A DNA stretch of 64,000 bases from Amphiscolops sp. MND2022. Taxonomy: Eukaryota. A program made the position numbers and the translations under genes. The stretch's first letter is position 1. Every line of letters starts with the position of its first letter. Shown piece after piece: positions 11,301 through 26,300 of the stretch. The stretch lies in assembly GCA_964187785.1 (NCBI GenBank), contig OZ076409.1, positions 25,546,001-25,610,000 of the forward strand. The letters run 5' to 3'. The notes below the pieces were generated by a model, which worked only from the letters and a program-made list of their open reading frames with translations, had not been told where the DNA came from and did no database searches.

Positions 11301-14300
11301 TGGGCTCCCATGGGGTATCCAGTAAACTCCGTGGCACTCTCCGGAGGATCTTTCTGGAAAAGAGTGTGGGCTGGCCAGATGTGAGATTGGAGCTCAGAAA
11401 TAGAAGATTTAGAGTCAAGTCCAGTGCTATCAGATGGAACAATGGCGTTTTCTGATTGGCTGTTGAAGTTGGTTGTAACTAAAATGAAGAACAAGTTCAG
11501 AAATTATAGAAACTGAAGGTACCGTTCGTGTGAGAAAAGCTTTCGATATGACTATAATCTCTATTTATAATAGCCCTTCTCGAATTAAAGACTAAATCAA
11601 TAACAACTAGGCGCGAATGTGTCGATTTTGAGCCCATCCCAAAAATTTGCATGTCATTCGCAAATAGCAGTTAAAGAATTTTTTCAAGCTGACGCTTTAC
11701 CGGCAAAATTCAAAATGATATTTTTGTTGCCAAAAGTGATGGTTCTTTACATTTTTCACATTTGAGAGCCCATATCTTGCTTCTAAGTGCCCGCGTCAAT
11801 CCCATGTTGAGCACTCCCTGCGAACTGTACAGATCTGTCCTGACAGATATTCCAGAATTGTTCGAAAACTGAATAGTCATAAATTCAGTTTTCAAAATGA
11901 AATTAGTTGATTAAAAAGTGCTCTACGAAAGAAACACTCGTCTTATTTGAAGTTTTGAAAAAGTTTCTGTGCGAATCTGTACAGATCTGTAGAGATCCTT
12001 GCAGATATTCCAGGATTCGCTAAAAATTAACCATACGAAAATGACTAATAAATCACTATAACGTATTCCGAGTTTCCAGCAATTATTAAAAGTATTTCAG
12101 CAAACCATGTTCCCGAAATATTACAACCACAGCACTTTATCAACACCTCTATCAACCCAGGAGGTTGTCACATGTCAAATTTCATCCGTCAAAACAAAAC
12201 GAATTCAATATGGCAAACGAGCCTCTCAAAGTTGAAAAACCACTTCTGGAAAGTTCAAGTGAAATGGATAAATTACCGTTATAACCAACACCGAACATTC
12301 CCCAGACACCAAAATTACTTTAATGGGGACAAGATTTCCTGCTCAAGAATTTGAGTGTAGAGTTTCAACTGTCTGGGCCTTGATCAGCAAAAATATTTAT
12401 TGAAGAAGCTCAAAAATGAAAGGCATAGTTTCACTAGAATGTCCGGAAACAATTTTCCTGAGAAATCAGTACAGAAAATCTTTGAACATCTGTAGATCTT
12501 GCAGATCTGAAGTTGTCCTTACGTAGCAGTGGCACGATCTTTACAGATCCTCAAGAAAAATTGGCTTAAGATCTTTACAGATTCTCAGGGAAAGCTCAAC
12601 ATGGCATATCGCTTAGCGGTTAATGAGCCCTGAGGATTACGTGAACAAATGTTAGTCCAAATCGGATTTAAATTGAATGAGCAATAACTGGTTTTTTGTC
12701 AAAATTTTCCGAAAATTTCATTGATCTCAGTCTATCTCTGCCATTTGTGCCCAACATTTTTTCGAATTACACTCTCAGTGGTAACCCTGCCCAAATTTCT
12801 AAGAATAAGAAACAGGTGGAATTGAAATGCTGGTTGCTACTAAGAGATCTAGAACTGGATACCTATTTTAAACCATGGAAAACTTTCAAGACATTTGTCG
12901 TCATCAACCCACCCACCAACCAGACGTGTGAGGACGGTCATCCGTTTTGGTTACTTGTAACTGGACCAAAACTTCGAAGAGCCAAAAACTAAAGAAACCA
13001 GGTTTTACATTTAAGCAATAAACATACTAGCAATTTGTACGAAAAAATGAAAGTCAAACAATGATTATATATGAAAAACATGAAAATCATGGCATGACCA
13101 TATGTGGAAACGAGTTATTTTACTTAATTCTCAACACAGTCAATTTAAATGCTTAACTTCATTAACTGAATCTCTTGATCGCAGTTTTTACTGAGAAAAG
13201 TAGTTTGACGCGGTGTTTCTGCATTTGCGCCAGCTAAATGGATGCAGCATATATTTTGAGTTTTCAAAATTTAGTGGAGTGAGTTCTTTTCAATTCGGTT
13301 ATCGGACAAAAGCACCCTAATTAAACGCGCTCAGATAACAGAAACAGTAGCACCCTATTGAAAAGCGCTCCAGTCAAAGGCATTTCTGTCGAAAGCACCC
13401 AATCGAGTGCGTTTAAAGGTTTATTTCACGGAATAATTGAGCACCTTTGTGCTATGCAACGTATTGAAATTTCGATTACGTAATGAAATTATTTGACTCA
13501 TTTGCTAAGTCTTATAGTGCCAATGCTAATAGGACTGGATAGCTCTGAGTTCCTCAATATTATTCTGCGCGTTCAATACTAACTACATCAAAATCAAGAA
13601 AAAAACTTGTCGATTTGTTGCCCCAGAAAAGCCCCTCCCCGTTATTGGGTGTAAATTTCCCGCTTGAGGTAGGAAAACAAATCTTTCGTCTGAAATCCCT
13701 CCTTCATGGTTTACATTTAGTAGCTGAAAATTGATCGAAAGGAAACAGTTTTTATGTTAATATGGCTCACAACAATGGTAACTCACACTTTCGTGGTATT
13801 CGGCCCGCAGTTTTTTCAGACACCTTCACGGCTCTGTTCCATTTTTGAGGGTATTTCCCGGCACAAATACCCACAGAGAGTCAAAATTTTGAGATGTTTA
13901 TCATTGAAAGTACTGAGGGTTTGGGCTTCGCCGAAGATTTTTTCTGAATATTCCGGCTCATTTAATGTTTTTTTATTCATCGGATGCGTGAATTTTCCCG
14001 AAATACTCAGCTTACTGAAACTTTTCTCACATTCCGGCTTCGTCTTCGTGATGTGCAATTGACTGCTAGAGTACCAAGCACTGCTATAGAAAGTTTTTTG
14101 GCCGCTTTCGATAGCAGTGCTTGTTACTCTAGCAGTCAATTGCACATCACGAAGCCGGAAAGTGAGAAAAGTTAGTTAGTTAATAGAAATGGGTTAAAAT
14201 AAAATTAACTAACGCGATGGAATGGCCTCGTATTCCACTTGAATGTTCATAGCCCCAGGAGTGCCACCGCAAGATACGTCTGCTCCGGCCGCTGGATTGA

Positions 14301-17300
14301 AAACACAAAACATGATTTGTAGGAATTACGCGTAGAGTAGAAATTCTACTAATAGAAATTCTAATTTTTTTCGCTCAACATTATATAACATAGCTCTTTA
14401 AAAAACCAGCGGTTGTTAGACTTTCTAACAATTCTAGAAAAAACCCAAGAGCCACTAAAATTGTGCAACAATGTTTTAGCAGAGTTTTAACCAGTTTTGA
14501 ATAGGTATAGATAAAGTTGACAGAGCTTTATTGAATGCGTTTTCACAATGTTCGCACTGAAAAAATATTCATGCATAAGTACGTTTATCGTACGTGTAGT
14601 TTTCAAAGAAGAATCAAATGTACTTTTCATCTTTACTGAAAATCAAAAAAAACCAGTTGGTGTTTAAATGCTTGAAAGTTTTTCGTTGATTTTCCAAGCA
14701 ACATAATAAACTTTGATCAAGAGTTTCTATTAGAAAATCTTTTCTATTCTTTTACTAACGTGTGGTAAAAGTTTTATCCTCGCTCTGTATTGAAGTTATG
14801 GAAACAGCGTCTTCATTTTGTTGCGGTACGAAATCCACGATACCCTCGAGATACAATGAGTAAGTGGAACCTGCCACTAAATTGTGCAAAACCCCACTTC
14901 CATCTCTGCCCCTTGTCTGACTTGCGTCCAGAATGGAAACCTGGTTGTCTAACTCAGCTCCAGTCGAGGTACTGGACAAATGCAGTTGGACTTTTGAGTA
15001 GCCAACTGGGTTGTACCAAACTACCTCTTGCATATCGGCATCCAGTCCGCCTGGAACAGAACCAAGGTAATGTTAACCATCATCGATAATTAAATTGCAA
15101 CTTGATTCAAGTTACGTATTTTTTTTGATAAATTCAAGATTAAGACCGTCATTAACTTTATCGTGCATTTCTGCATTACATAAAATTCTTCCCTTCAACG
15201 GATCAAGAACATTGTCATAAAAAAACTACACCGAGCCTAATTTAAATAGTTTTAACTACAATTATAGTTCAAAACGAATTTTATTGATTTTAGTGTTCTT
15301 AAAACAGCAAAAACGAATGACTATATGACTCAGCCCTCCTCCTTCCGGGGCGGCCTTCGCCATACCAGCCGCTAGTCAACCTATGGCAAGTCGCTCCGCT
15401 TCTATTCGCTCCTGAACGAAGGGCACTATAGGTGTCTCCGTAGCTGATCACGTCTGTTCATTGGGCTTCAAAAATTGGTCATTTTGCTTCGCTTTAAAAC
15501 CGGGTGTTTTGGTGAAAATACAAAATCGGCCGTTTTGTTAACAAGTCGACTGTTTTGTTATGCCTAAGTATCTGCCATTTCGAGGCGTCCCCATTCTTAG
15601 GATAACCATAAAATGGACCAGGAGTGACATGGTTCATAAGTGACGTGAAACATTGACTATGAGTCTATGAGTTCGAGTGCGATTTTCGATTTCAGTGACT
15701 ACCTCAGAAAAGAAGTGCAAGTTTCATAGATGTAACTGACATAAACAAAACTCTTGAGCACAAACTCTTGATAACTTTTGAGCACAGTTTCGATGAAAAC
15801 CTATACGCTTTCATCTTATAAGAGTTTGAAAATTTATAGCCGAAGGCTCGATTTCCACAATGTTGCAGAGTGGATCCCAAGCAAACACTTCTGTTTTTAT
15901 AAATTTGAGATGTTACCATCCAAGTGAGCAAGCAAAAGTTTAAAAGTTTGGGTAGCTAAATGTTACAAAAAATCCAACTGAATATCCCGTTGCCCTTTCT
16001 TGCTGCATAGCATGTTGTTTTCCTAGTAGGCGTAGACTTACTTGTAAACTGTGCTGAATTGACTGGGCCTGTGGCACTGTTTTGAACACTAATCCCTTTG
16101 ATCAGAACTGGTTCCCGTGGCTCTGAAAAAGAACGATTATTCAATAAAACATTATAATTTGTCACTAAAGGATCTTCAACCAAAATGGACATAACTTACG
16201 AGCCCAGTAGAAAATGAGTCCAGTTGTCTTGTCATTCTCATAGATTGTATCAATGTACCACAAAATGAGGTTGCTTGTGTTCGGAGTTACTTCTGAACCA
16301 GTGCCAGAGGTTTGTCCAACCGTAGCCAGAATAACATCGCCATACATCAATGTTAAACCAACAAAAGTGCCGGAGTTGACATGAACAGTCACCTGCATAA
16401 CACTTAGCGCATAATCTCTACACGTTTGGAATCTCCATTTGATGGAAAGTTTCTATAAACTGATTTTAAAACTTTTCTCATGCAATATTTTTCAGTCAAG
16501 GTTGCCAAATTCTGTCATATTAATTTTGAATGGTTTCAATTCTTTCATTTCAAAACCAGAGCCGCATATGCGGTAAAGGAGTCGGCTTAGGCCTTTTTCC
16601 TTCTGACTCGCTCCAATCCCAGTTATACGAATTTATTGAAATTGCACACATAGACCATACTATGGTGTAGAAACTGACTAGAAATTTTCGTTCGAATCGT
16701 ATGGACAGTTTTTGCAAAAACCAAAAAAAGTCGAAAAATGACTGTTTTTTGGCCATTTTTGGGCTAATTTTGGCTATGTTTCTCACATTCCAGTCATACG
16801 ATTTTGATGCCTTTGAGCACGCAGGGGCCCCTTTGGGTGTAGGATGACTGCGCAAAATTTTATGAAAATCGTATAGACAGTTTTTGAGAAATTCGAAATT
16901 TTTGAGAAATCATGAAAAGGTCGGGAGAAAAAAAAACGACACGATTGGATAAGTAGTCAAAAATTTTTTCCGACTCCTGAAAAGTTGTAGCAATTGAATT
17001 TTCGAAAATAAACTATGTACCAGTTTATATTTTAAAATGTGAAGCTGGTCCATGAAGTCAGTTTTTATCCGACTTCTAGGGTGTCCCAAAGAACGCCATA
17101 GGAACAATGCCCATAGAAAAAACTCCTAAAGCTTAATAATGTCAATTGAAAATTACGATAACGTAGTTAGCTATATTCACAGACTTTAGCGTCCTGAATG
17201 TAGGAGCGAAACGGAGCGACGTACTATTACTAGCCCAGAGGCTGGTTTTGACGAACGCCGAGTCATACAAGCGATATAAAAATTATGGGATCATGAGAAT

Positions 17301-20300
17301 TAATTCTTTTACTAATAAATCCTATGAGCCTTTTTCACGGGGGTGTTTTTTCCTTGTGCGTTTTTCCTGTAACCGTTCTAATATGCGGCAGTTTTCTGGT
17401 AGCTAAAAATTCCATTTTGCAGACTTGCTCTAAGCTATCAGAAATACAAACCTTGTTTATAAATTTCCCATCTAAGGTCACATCGGATCCTGAGGTACTT
17501 CCAGCGTTGTCTCCCAGAGGGTGATCGTTTACCACAAGTTGGGAACCCACCATGTTGAATTTGACCGGCAGAATGACGTCACAAGTCTGGTCTGAAGCGA
17601 CCGAGGAAGTGTATTTGGGCCGACTAGAGAATACTGGACCATCGAGTGAAGGGCTGTCGATTTCAACCTCTGAGGTACCAATTTCAGTGTCCACTTGGTA
17701 ACCGTCTAAAGATAACCAAAAAAATGGTAGTGAAATCAAGTAGCCTTGAAGAACCTTTTGAAAAACTACTTTCGAACATTTTCCGAGAATTAGAATGCGC
17801 TAATTTCAATTCTTATAAACACCAGAATTTTCAAAAGGTTCAAGAAACTTCAAATAGAGGATACACTCTAGAAGATCGAGGGTATTGCGAGGGTATGGGT
17901 GTACCCATCAAGTTTGATTTCATGACCTCTCCATTTATTTACTTACACGTCCATGCATAATACACAGCTTGGTCTTCAAACATCCTATTTGCAGTTTGAA
18001 CTGTGTTGATGACTAATCCAACAGGTGAGCAAGGGAGAGAAAACACTTTGACAGAATAGAAGCCGGTGTATGGGGTAGTATTGTCCACTATCCCGGATCC
18101 CAGCTCTACTGTTTCGCTGGCAACTTGATTGGTGGGGTCTCTGGCAGTTTTGCGTGTTGTCTGGAAGTACGAAAGAGTCTCAGCTGGCCAGAAAATGTTG
18201 AAACTGAATGTGATTTCTTCGTCCGTGGTTTCCCACTCCACAACTCGAGGATGCAACAACTCTAAACAGTGACATTATTGTCAAGAAAGGGAAAAGATTT
18301 GTTGTGCCATTTGGTACCTCGATTTCATTATCATAGATTATGATCGTTCTTCCTTTATTTACAGTAAGGAAAACGTTGCTGTTAGAATTTTTTTTAAATG
18401 CCAAGCAGAATTCAGTTTGAAAATATGCAAAATCTGCAGTGCAAGTTAGACAAGAGTTTCACGAGATAAGCAGTAAGTGGAAACAGAAAAGTGATGGGTT
18501 TTTAGTCTTATTCGACACTGTCAGACCTAACAAGCGCCTGTAGGCGACACGCTTACCGCTCCCAAAAAATTTCGCTTTCCTCAAAAAATCCTGAAATTGA
18601 AATTTTTGGTTCTTCCTGATACCAATTGGTTTCAAAATATCGAACATGTCAAAGGGAGCCCTTCATTATTATTCAAAAATTGTTTCAAAAAATGACGAGT
18701 CTCAAAAAGTCTAAAGGGGGACCCTTTTCCTTCGTTTATTTCGGTAAATATGTCAACAATCTTTACATCTGGAATTCATACTTTTAAACTAGAAGTTTAT
18801 AAAGTATTCAAATGCTATGAAACACAAAAAGTTAAACTATATCTGTTTAAAAGTTTAGAAAAAACACTGTCTGGACGATATGAAACTTATGATATCTGTC
18901 CAATCGGGTTTGGACGTTTTTGCTTTTCCAATTATTTCCCTCAACCTTACTGCTGCGTGGGCCTGCTTGTGTTCACGAGATTTTTGATTTATCTTTTATT
19001 TGATTAGTATTTTTCAGTGAAAAGTGACGCTGAAAGCAGAGATACACTATGATACCAAATCTAATATCACAGGCAAAAGCTTTGAGATCGCCTTTTGTCT
19101 TAGGATATGAGTTTGACACAAAAATGTTACAACAACAAAAGTTCTCAGATTTCGAAATTTGCCTAAATGTTTTTTTTCGGAACGAGACAAACAAGTTGGT
19201 AAACAGTCGCATGCAAAGCTGAACTTTTTGAAGCTCAACGCGCATTAGCAAACTTTCAAAATGGCATCTGAAAAATATTCTGAGCTAATTCAAGCTATTG
19301 ACAGTGAGCCTTTGAAGGAAATTCTATTACTTTTGACACAAGATTTACTCAACAAAACTGAAACCATTAAAAAACAAAATGCCCAAATTAGAGAGCTCAG
19401 AAACGAGGTTACTGATTTAAAAGAACGAATATCGGAGCAAGAAAAATATTCTTCCAAAGACACTATTATCATTAACAACTTACCTTTATTACAAGATGCT
19501 GATCTGGTTAGTTCGGTCCTTTATTTTTTCCAGACGTTTCTGGATATTCAGCTACTGAGGGAAGATCTGAAAGCGTGCCACTTTTTGGGAAAGTGCTCAG
19601 ACATCAATAAACCTCCTCCGGTAGTAGTGAAGTTTGTTTATTTTCATCAAAAAAATGATGTTTACGTTAGACGATCAATGCTGGGCAAACGAGGTAAGCA
19701 AAACCCTATCAATACGGAAAACATCTACATAAATGAAAGATTGCCCAAGGAACAACTGCTCATTAAAAAGTACGCCAATGACAAAGGACTCATCACAACC
19801 ACCTATAATTGTGACGTGAAGTTGTTTCTGAAAGATAGCAGTGGGGCTACTTTTTCTCAAAAGGTAACTTCAACCAAGATGGTAGATGATTTAACACACA
19901 AAGCCCTGAAAAAGCAAGACACTCACAAGTGAAACGAAATGTACCCGATTCTACTCCCGAGAACCCAAAAGATAAACGTTTCGAAATTGCTGCAACGCCA
20001 ATAAAGAATGACAAATCAATGGAATCTGAAATGAATTGAGCGTTGCACTTCTTTCTTTCTTATCCCGATATTCTATTTTCTAATGGCTTGAAAGATAATT
20101 CAAAAAAGACACTGATCAGTAGTGGTAAAAGTGAAAGTTATAATTTTGTTAGTCGATATGTGCCTTGCAGTATTTTTTTGAGTTATGCGCTTGGAGCTTT
20201 TTTTGGCTGAGTTTTTTTTGACTTCATAATACCAATATATATTGAGTGTAACGCTCAATCATCCGGTATAAAACAACTGAAAACCAACTTGATCTTTTTT

Positions 20301-23300
20301 CTTTCTGTAATTTAGTTTTATGTTGAATTTGGAGAACCAAAATAAGGAACAACAAATAACTAATGCTAAGACGCCCGAACATTCATCCTTTGACAATATT
20401 GAAGAACTACGGAATTGCAAAGCGAAAACATTCACTGTTTTAGGTCTCAATATAAGATCTCTCGATTATCATGTAAATGAACTTCGTGTCCTTCTAGAAA
20501 TCTTGGACAAAAAGCCTGAAGTACTGGCACTTACTGAAACCTGGATGACGGATGATCACTCACTAGTTGACTTGGACATAGTGGGTTACCAACCAGTTGA
20601 GTTCAAAGCACGACAAAATGCTAAAAGACGATCCGGTGGTGTAGCTTTTTATGTTAAAGATGGATTATCTTTTCAAGTTGTGTCCTTCAAAACTGATATA
20701 GAATGTTTAATTATCAAGATAACTAGAGAAAACAAAACATTGTACAATATATGTTCAATATATCGACCAGAGACTGTTAAAATCAACAAATTCATTGTCG
20801 ATCTAGAGACTTTATTGTATTTTTTGAAGGGTTTGCCGGGTGAAACATTGCTTTTTGGTGACTTTAAAATCGACACATTAAAAGATGATCTGGATTAAAA
20901 AAAGTATGTGACTCTCTTGGAAGCATATGATTTTGAGATACAAAACAAATTACCGACAAGGGTCACGCCTACTTCTAAGAGTTGCATTGATCACATGATA
21001 ACCCAAAATGTAGTTTGCACTGAAACTCTTCCGACCACCATTAGTGATCATTTTACGGTTTTGCTTCATTTCACTAATGAACATTCCTCCGATAGAAAAA
21101 CAGTTTCGAACCCGACGATGACTAGAAACACGAAAAGTTTGAAAGGACACAACGCATTGAATTTTCTTTTTTTATTAGATCAAAAATTGAAGCAAATTAA
21201 CGAAAAAACATCGGCTGAATTTCATATGGAATCCATTGTTAACTCAGTGAGTGAATGTGTAGATAAATTTGCACCGTTGCGAGTCAGTTCTGTTAAAGAG
21301 CCATCCAACCAATGGATTAATAATAAAATTAAAAATGCTGTCACTAAACGTAATAAACTTTTTCAGACTTGGGTTGAAAATCCAACAAAAAGTAATCATG
21401 ATGATTATAAGTCATTTAGAAACAAAGTTTGTTCAATGATTCGTGAAGCTAAGAAACAAGATAACTTCAAAAAACTTGGCGTAAATCCCACTGCACGAGC
21501 AATTTATAGAACTTTGAAAACTCAGAAAACTAATGATCGGCAACCTAATGAACTTCCTGATTTAGAAAAATTGAATGAATTTTTTGTAAATATCGGGTCA
21601 ATATTGTCATCTAGGCTGCCACAAACAGCGTATAATTCGGGGTCCTTTAATTGTGACAAAACTTTGTTTATGGAACCCACTGGTGAGTTCGAAGTTGCAA
21701 GTATCATCAAAGCATTGAAAAACAAGAAAAGTTGTGGTATTGACGGGATCAGTAATGAAATTTTGAAATGCTGCTCACCCATTATTGAACGTCATCTCGC
21801 ACTTGCTTTCAATAAATGCATAGATGAAGGTGTATTCCCAAACATTTTCAAAACTGCCAAAGTTGTACCCCTGTTCAAGAAAGGGGATAAAAAAGATCCC
21901 GCAAATTATCGTCCAATTAGTCTCTTAAGCTCTTTGAGTAAAGTGTTTGAAAAAATCTTACATAATCGAATGATACGATTCACTGAGAAAAACAACTTGA
22001 TTTGTCCCATGCAATATGGATTCAGAAATAGCATGTCTTGTGTTGATGCTATCGCTGCAATAACAGAATTCGTTCGTACTGAAATAGATAAGAAAGCACA
22101 AGGCCAAGCTTGCTTTATTGATTTGCAAAAAGCTTTCGATACGTTGGATCATGACATTTTATTGAAGAAGTTGGTAGATTATGGTTTTAGAGGGAAAATT
22201 TTCGATATTTTAAAAAATTATCTCTCAGAGCGTTGGCAGTACATTAGTCATAACGGTGTTTGCACGAAAAAGCTTAAAATTGTGTCAGGTGTTCCCCAGG
22301 GCTCCGTCTTGGGTCCATTTCTGTTTCTTTTGTATATTAATGACATTCATTTGTGTATGGGAAATTGTACCATGGCCATGTTTGCAGATGATACAACAAT
22401 TTGCAGTTCGAAACGCAAAGGTGTCTGTTCAATTCAATCAGATATAGACAATGTATCGCAGTGGTTTTGTCAAAATAGACTTAGTATAAACAGAGATAAA
22501 TGCGAAGCAGTTGCATTCGGACGCGGTCATCCCAATGAAATTTTGATTTTAGACAAAAAACTACCTTATTCGAACGCGTGCAAGTATTTAGGTGTTTACG
22601 TGGACAAAACTTTGCGCTTCAGAGAACATATTGATTACGTCGAAAAAAAACTCAATAAGTTCTGTGGTCTGATATATCGCGCACGTCATATGTTCAACAA
22701 AAAGTGTCTACTGATGTTTTATAACTCCTTTGCAAAGTCCAAAATTTGTTATGGATTACTAATATACGGTTCTGCTGCCAAAACAAACTTGTTGAAAATT
22801 GAAAAAGCGCAACGAAGAATTTTACGAGCTATTTTTTTCAAGAAGAAATTTGATTCCCTACGTGATCTTTTTAGAACGAATAAAATTTTGACAGTTTTTG
22901 AACTTTTCATTCTCGAGAACATCAAAGAGCTTTTCAGGCAGCTGAGGTTAGAAGCACCTAAATCTTTCATAGTGCTAGATGCCAATGACGTGAGAACATA
23001 TACAACTCGTTGGAATATGAAAAAATTGATACCGGCGCAATACAATCGGACTGTTTTAAAGAGAAGATCCTTAGAAAATTTCCTTCGCTTAACTTATAAT
23101 TGGTTAATGGAAGCAGAATTGATTCCAAAAGATGTGAGGAAACTATCAAGCTATCAAGTTAAAAAAGCTCATCACAAGTATAACAACGAACTATGTAGTC
23201 GATAACAAGTATCTCTTTGCATATTACTTTGAAAAGGAATTATGCTGATAATGACATTTTTTCGGAAGTAGTGCTCAACGTAGGAAAAGTTCTTGAGGGC

Positions 23301-26300
23301 GGCAATTGTCTTAAAACATCATTTCAAATATGTTTTGAATTTGGTTCTTCAGGGCAGGAACTTTGACGAGCCAATAGGCTCTTTTCCTGTCCAGATCCGT
23401 TCTTATCATTTCAATTTATGTATTTGGTTTTTCTGTGTAATGATCCCAATCGAATAAACTTTTCTTTCTTTTTTTCTTTCTTTTCTTCATAACTTTTGCA
23501 ACTTTTCTTTTATTTCAAAGCAGAAAATGCTCATGTAATTCTGATAAAAGTTTGATTCAATTTTGCTCCTTGAACTTTTGCGTCATTTGAGTATGTAAAA
23601 ATTAATTGCAATTTGAAATTTTTGCCAGCGAAATTGAGTGTCCTTAGTTTTTTGGTTCCACAGGTAATGCTTCTTTGTTTTTTTGAACGAAAGTGTTAAG
23701 AATCAAAAAAGTACTTCACAACAAAAAAAATGCATGAACTTGTCAAAAAATCCATCTTAGAAACGAGATAATTTGCGCACTGAAGTATTTCGGGAACAAA
23801 CGTTCAAAAATTGTTGCAAAATACCCAAACTCAACGTCACATGAGATTCCATACATCTATGAATGGAACCTTTTTTCAGTCAAATCAATATCGTCAAATC
23901 AATATCGTCAAATTCTATTTCCTGGGACGGGAGTTTGCTTGTAACCAATGCTGAACGTTTGCTTAGATTAACTGTAATGAAACCGATTTCTGGTAAAATA
24001 CTTATAGAGGAAAAATTTTTGACGCGCTATGTCCAACTTTTCGACGATATTTTCAATATATGATTGATATGGAAAGCAAAATGGTGGGGCTTCAGTGTCA
24101 ATGAATTTCAACGTTTAGTTTATTTGAAAATTGACCTATAATAAACCTTTTTTCTCATAAAAACCAATAAAACGTTAAAAAATGCGGCATGTCCGAAATG
24201 TTGGCAATTTTCGAACTGGAATTTTGCCAAAACAAAGAAGACTTCGAATCTAACTTACTACTTTTTATCTTTCATATCTTCCCAATATGAACTATTCTGT
24301 AACCGTGTTTTGAGAAAAACGTATACAATGACAAAGAAAATAACGATTCTGGTATGTTACTTAACGTAACTAAAACATTTTATTATTTTTATTTTCTGCC
24401 CACGTATAATGGGGGAGGAAAATCATAATTAGTGTTGCTTTTTGTTTCCAACTTCTACCAAATCTCTATCGTGATGATCTCCATCCACTTGACTATTTCA
24501 CATCCACTTCCAGTAACTTTTACTTTGATTTTCTAAACTTTCACGGAAACTTTCTTGCGAAAATATTTACCTGTTGTATTCGAAATTCACCCAGCTGCTT
24601 GAAATAAGCGTACTAAATTGGTTGTAATTTTAGGCCTTGAAGTCATTCAGTTTTCATTAGGAAAATTACGAAACAGTTACCAGTGATATATTTGAAGACA
24701 AATTAATTGCTATCAACTTTACCGAGCTTTTGAAGCAAAATTACTTCAGTCACGTAGCAAACAGCAAACTTGCGCCAAATTTAGAGTGCTATTCGAGAAG
24801 CGGTGATCACAACAGATCAGCAGTTGAAAAAGTGTGAATGCAATGATGTGAAAGTTCCATTGGAATATGTTTTCAGTTTTCATTGCAACTTTGTCAAATG
24901 CAGTGTAATTCTCTAAGATTTACCACCGGTAGTTTACTAACTTTTCTAGGTTTCATGAAGAAAAACCTTGCACACAGGCCTGCAGCACGCCATATTCAAT
25001 GTGATATCTGTTCTGGGGTACTCGGTAAAAAAGAAGCAAAAAGCGTAACTGAATTGAGGCAATCTGAATCCGTATGGCGTTAATCGTAAGAATAGCAATT
25101 CATATGAATGTGTCAAAAGTAGGTTGTTTGCCAATAATACTTCAAGTGGCGTCTTAGATTGTTTCCTCACACTATCACATTCCCCTCAATAAAAAAAGTC
25201 AATTGGATAAATACTGACAAAGCCTCAAAACTAGATCTACGTCAAAACCATTCCTTGCACTGTGGTTTGATTGGTTACTAGTGGACCAATAAAATATTGC
25301 ACAAATAACTTTGGGATAACTCCAACTAAAATTACCAATGTTTGTAGAATAACACTCTAACTTACATGTACGTTAACAATGTTTTTGTTTCATTTTTTAG
25401 GTTTCTTCATCACTTATTTTTCTCCGGCGACATCATCTCCTAGGTTGACTGTCTTTACCATACCATTATGGCCCAACCAGTCAGGCTTCTTGGTTTTGCG
25501 TCCAGATTTTCGAGTTCTCGGGTTCTCGTGGCTAATCTCCAATTCCACATTTGCCTTTACTGGGGCTGTCTTCGTTTCTTCATGCACAGCCTCGTCTGTG
25601 GTGGGGTTCTCCCGGAATGCATGTTCCGCTCGATTTTCAGCTTTTCTACTTTGCTCATTGTCGCTACTGCTGTTTCTCTCTTTCTCATCTTCTTCTTCGG
25701 AAAAGATATTTTTTTCCATGTTCGCTTTCTCTGCCTTTATTTCGCGAGCTATTTCCGCAGGATGTTTTGCATTCCCAGTCGTTCTGTCATCCAGCCACCA
25801 TCTGCATCCTGGTACCCCCATTTCTTCGCTACTTGACGAATCTGGTACAATTGTCGCCTTCTTTCGATTTGGCACCTTTGCTTGTTTTGGCTTTTTGTCC
25901 GATTGTGGCGATTTGGCCAGTCTGGGTCTCTCTAGGGCTACGTTCCTCTTCGAATAAATCACCGTCTTTCCTTTCTTGGGCAGAATAGAGCTAGTATGGC
26001 TCGTCTCGCCAATGATTGTCCCTTTCTTCTTTTTGTATGCTCATTCTAATTTTGACCCGCGCACTCGCTCTCTGACAAAAATAGTCGAGTCCACTTCTTC
26101 GCTGGAATCCGCTGGACTCAGCTCGATTTTCGGGTCGGTTTCTGGAACGAATTGTTTCACCATAGCACTCTTTAGTGTATTAGGTTTTCTGTTCAAGTGC
26201 CGATTTCCCATGCGCACCTATTTCCGTCCTTGGTGCAAATAAAATTTTGGACAATCTTGACGTATCCCTTGTTAAAACTATATCTTTGTCTATTCTCAGC

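Larger units (their letters stand above)
19010..23486 (+). mobile_element. Near full-length non-LTR retrotransposon (LINE, CR1/L2 group), intronic and antisense to the ZP gene
   Basis: ORF1 plus APE-RT ORF2, short 3' UTR with AATAAA at about 23453 and a CTTT/T-rich tail; 5' boundary approximate. Confidence 0.9.

Noticed and set aside
12850..13950. Possible 5' exons of a nested lectin gene
   Set aside because: Splice-like sites exist, but no ATG plus signal peptide could be joined in frame to 11478.
24571..24597. Micro-exon candidate in the large intron
   Set aside because: Contains a TGA in the required phase-1 frame.
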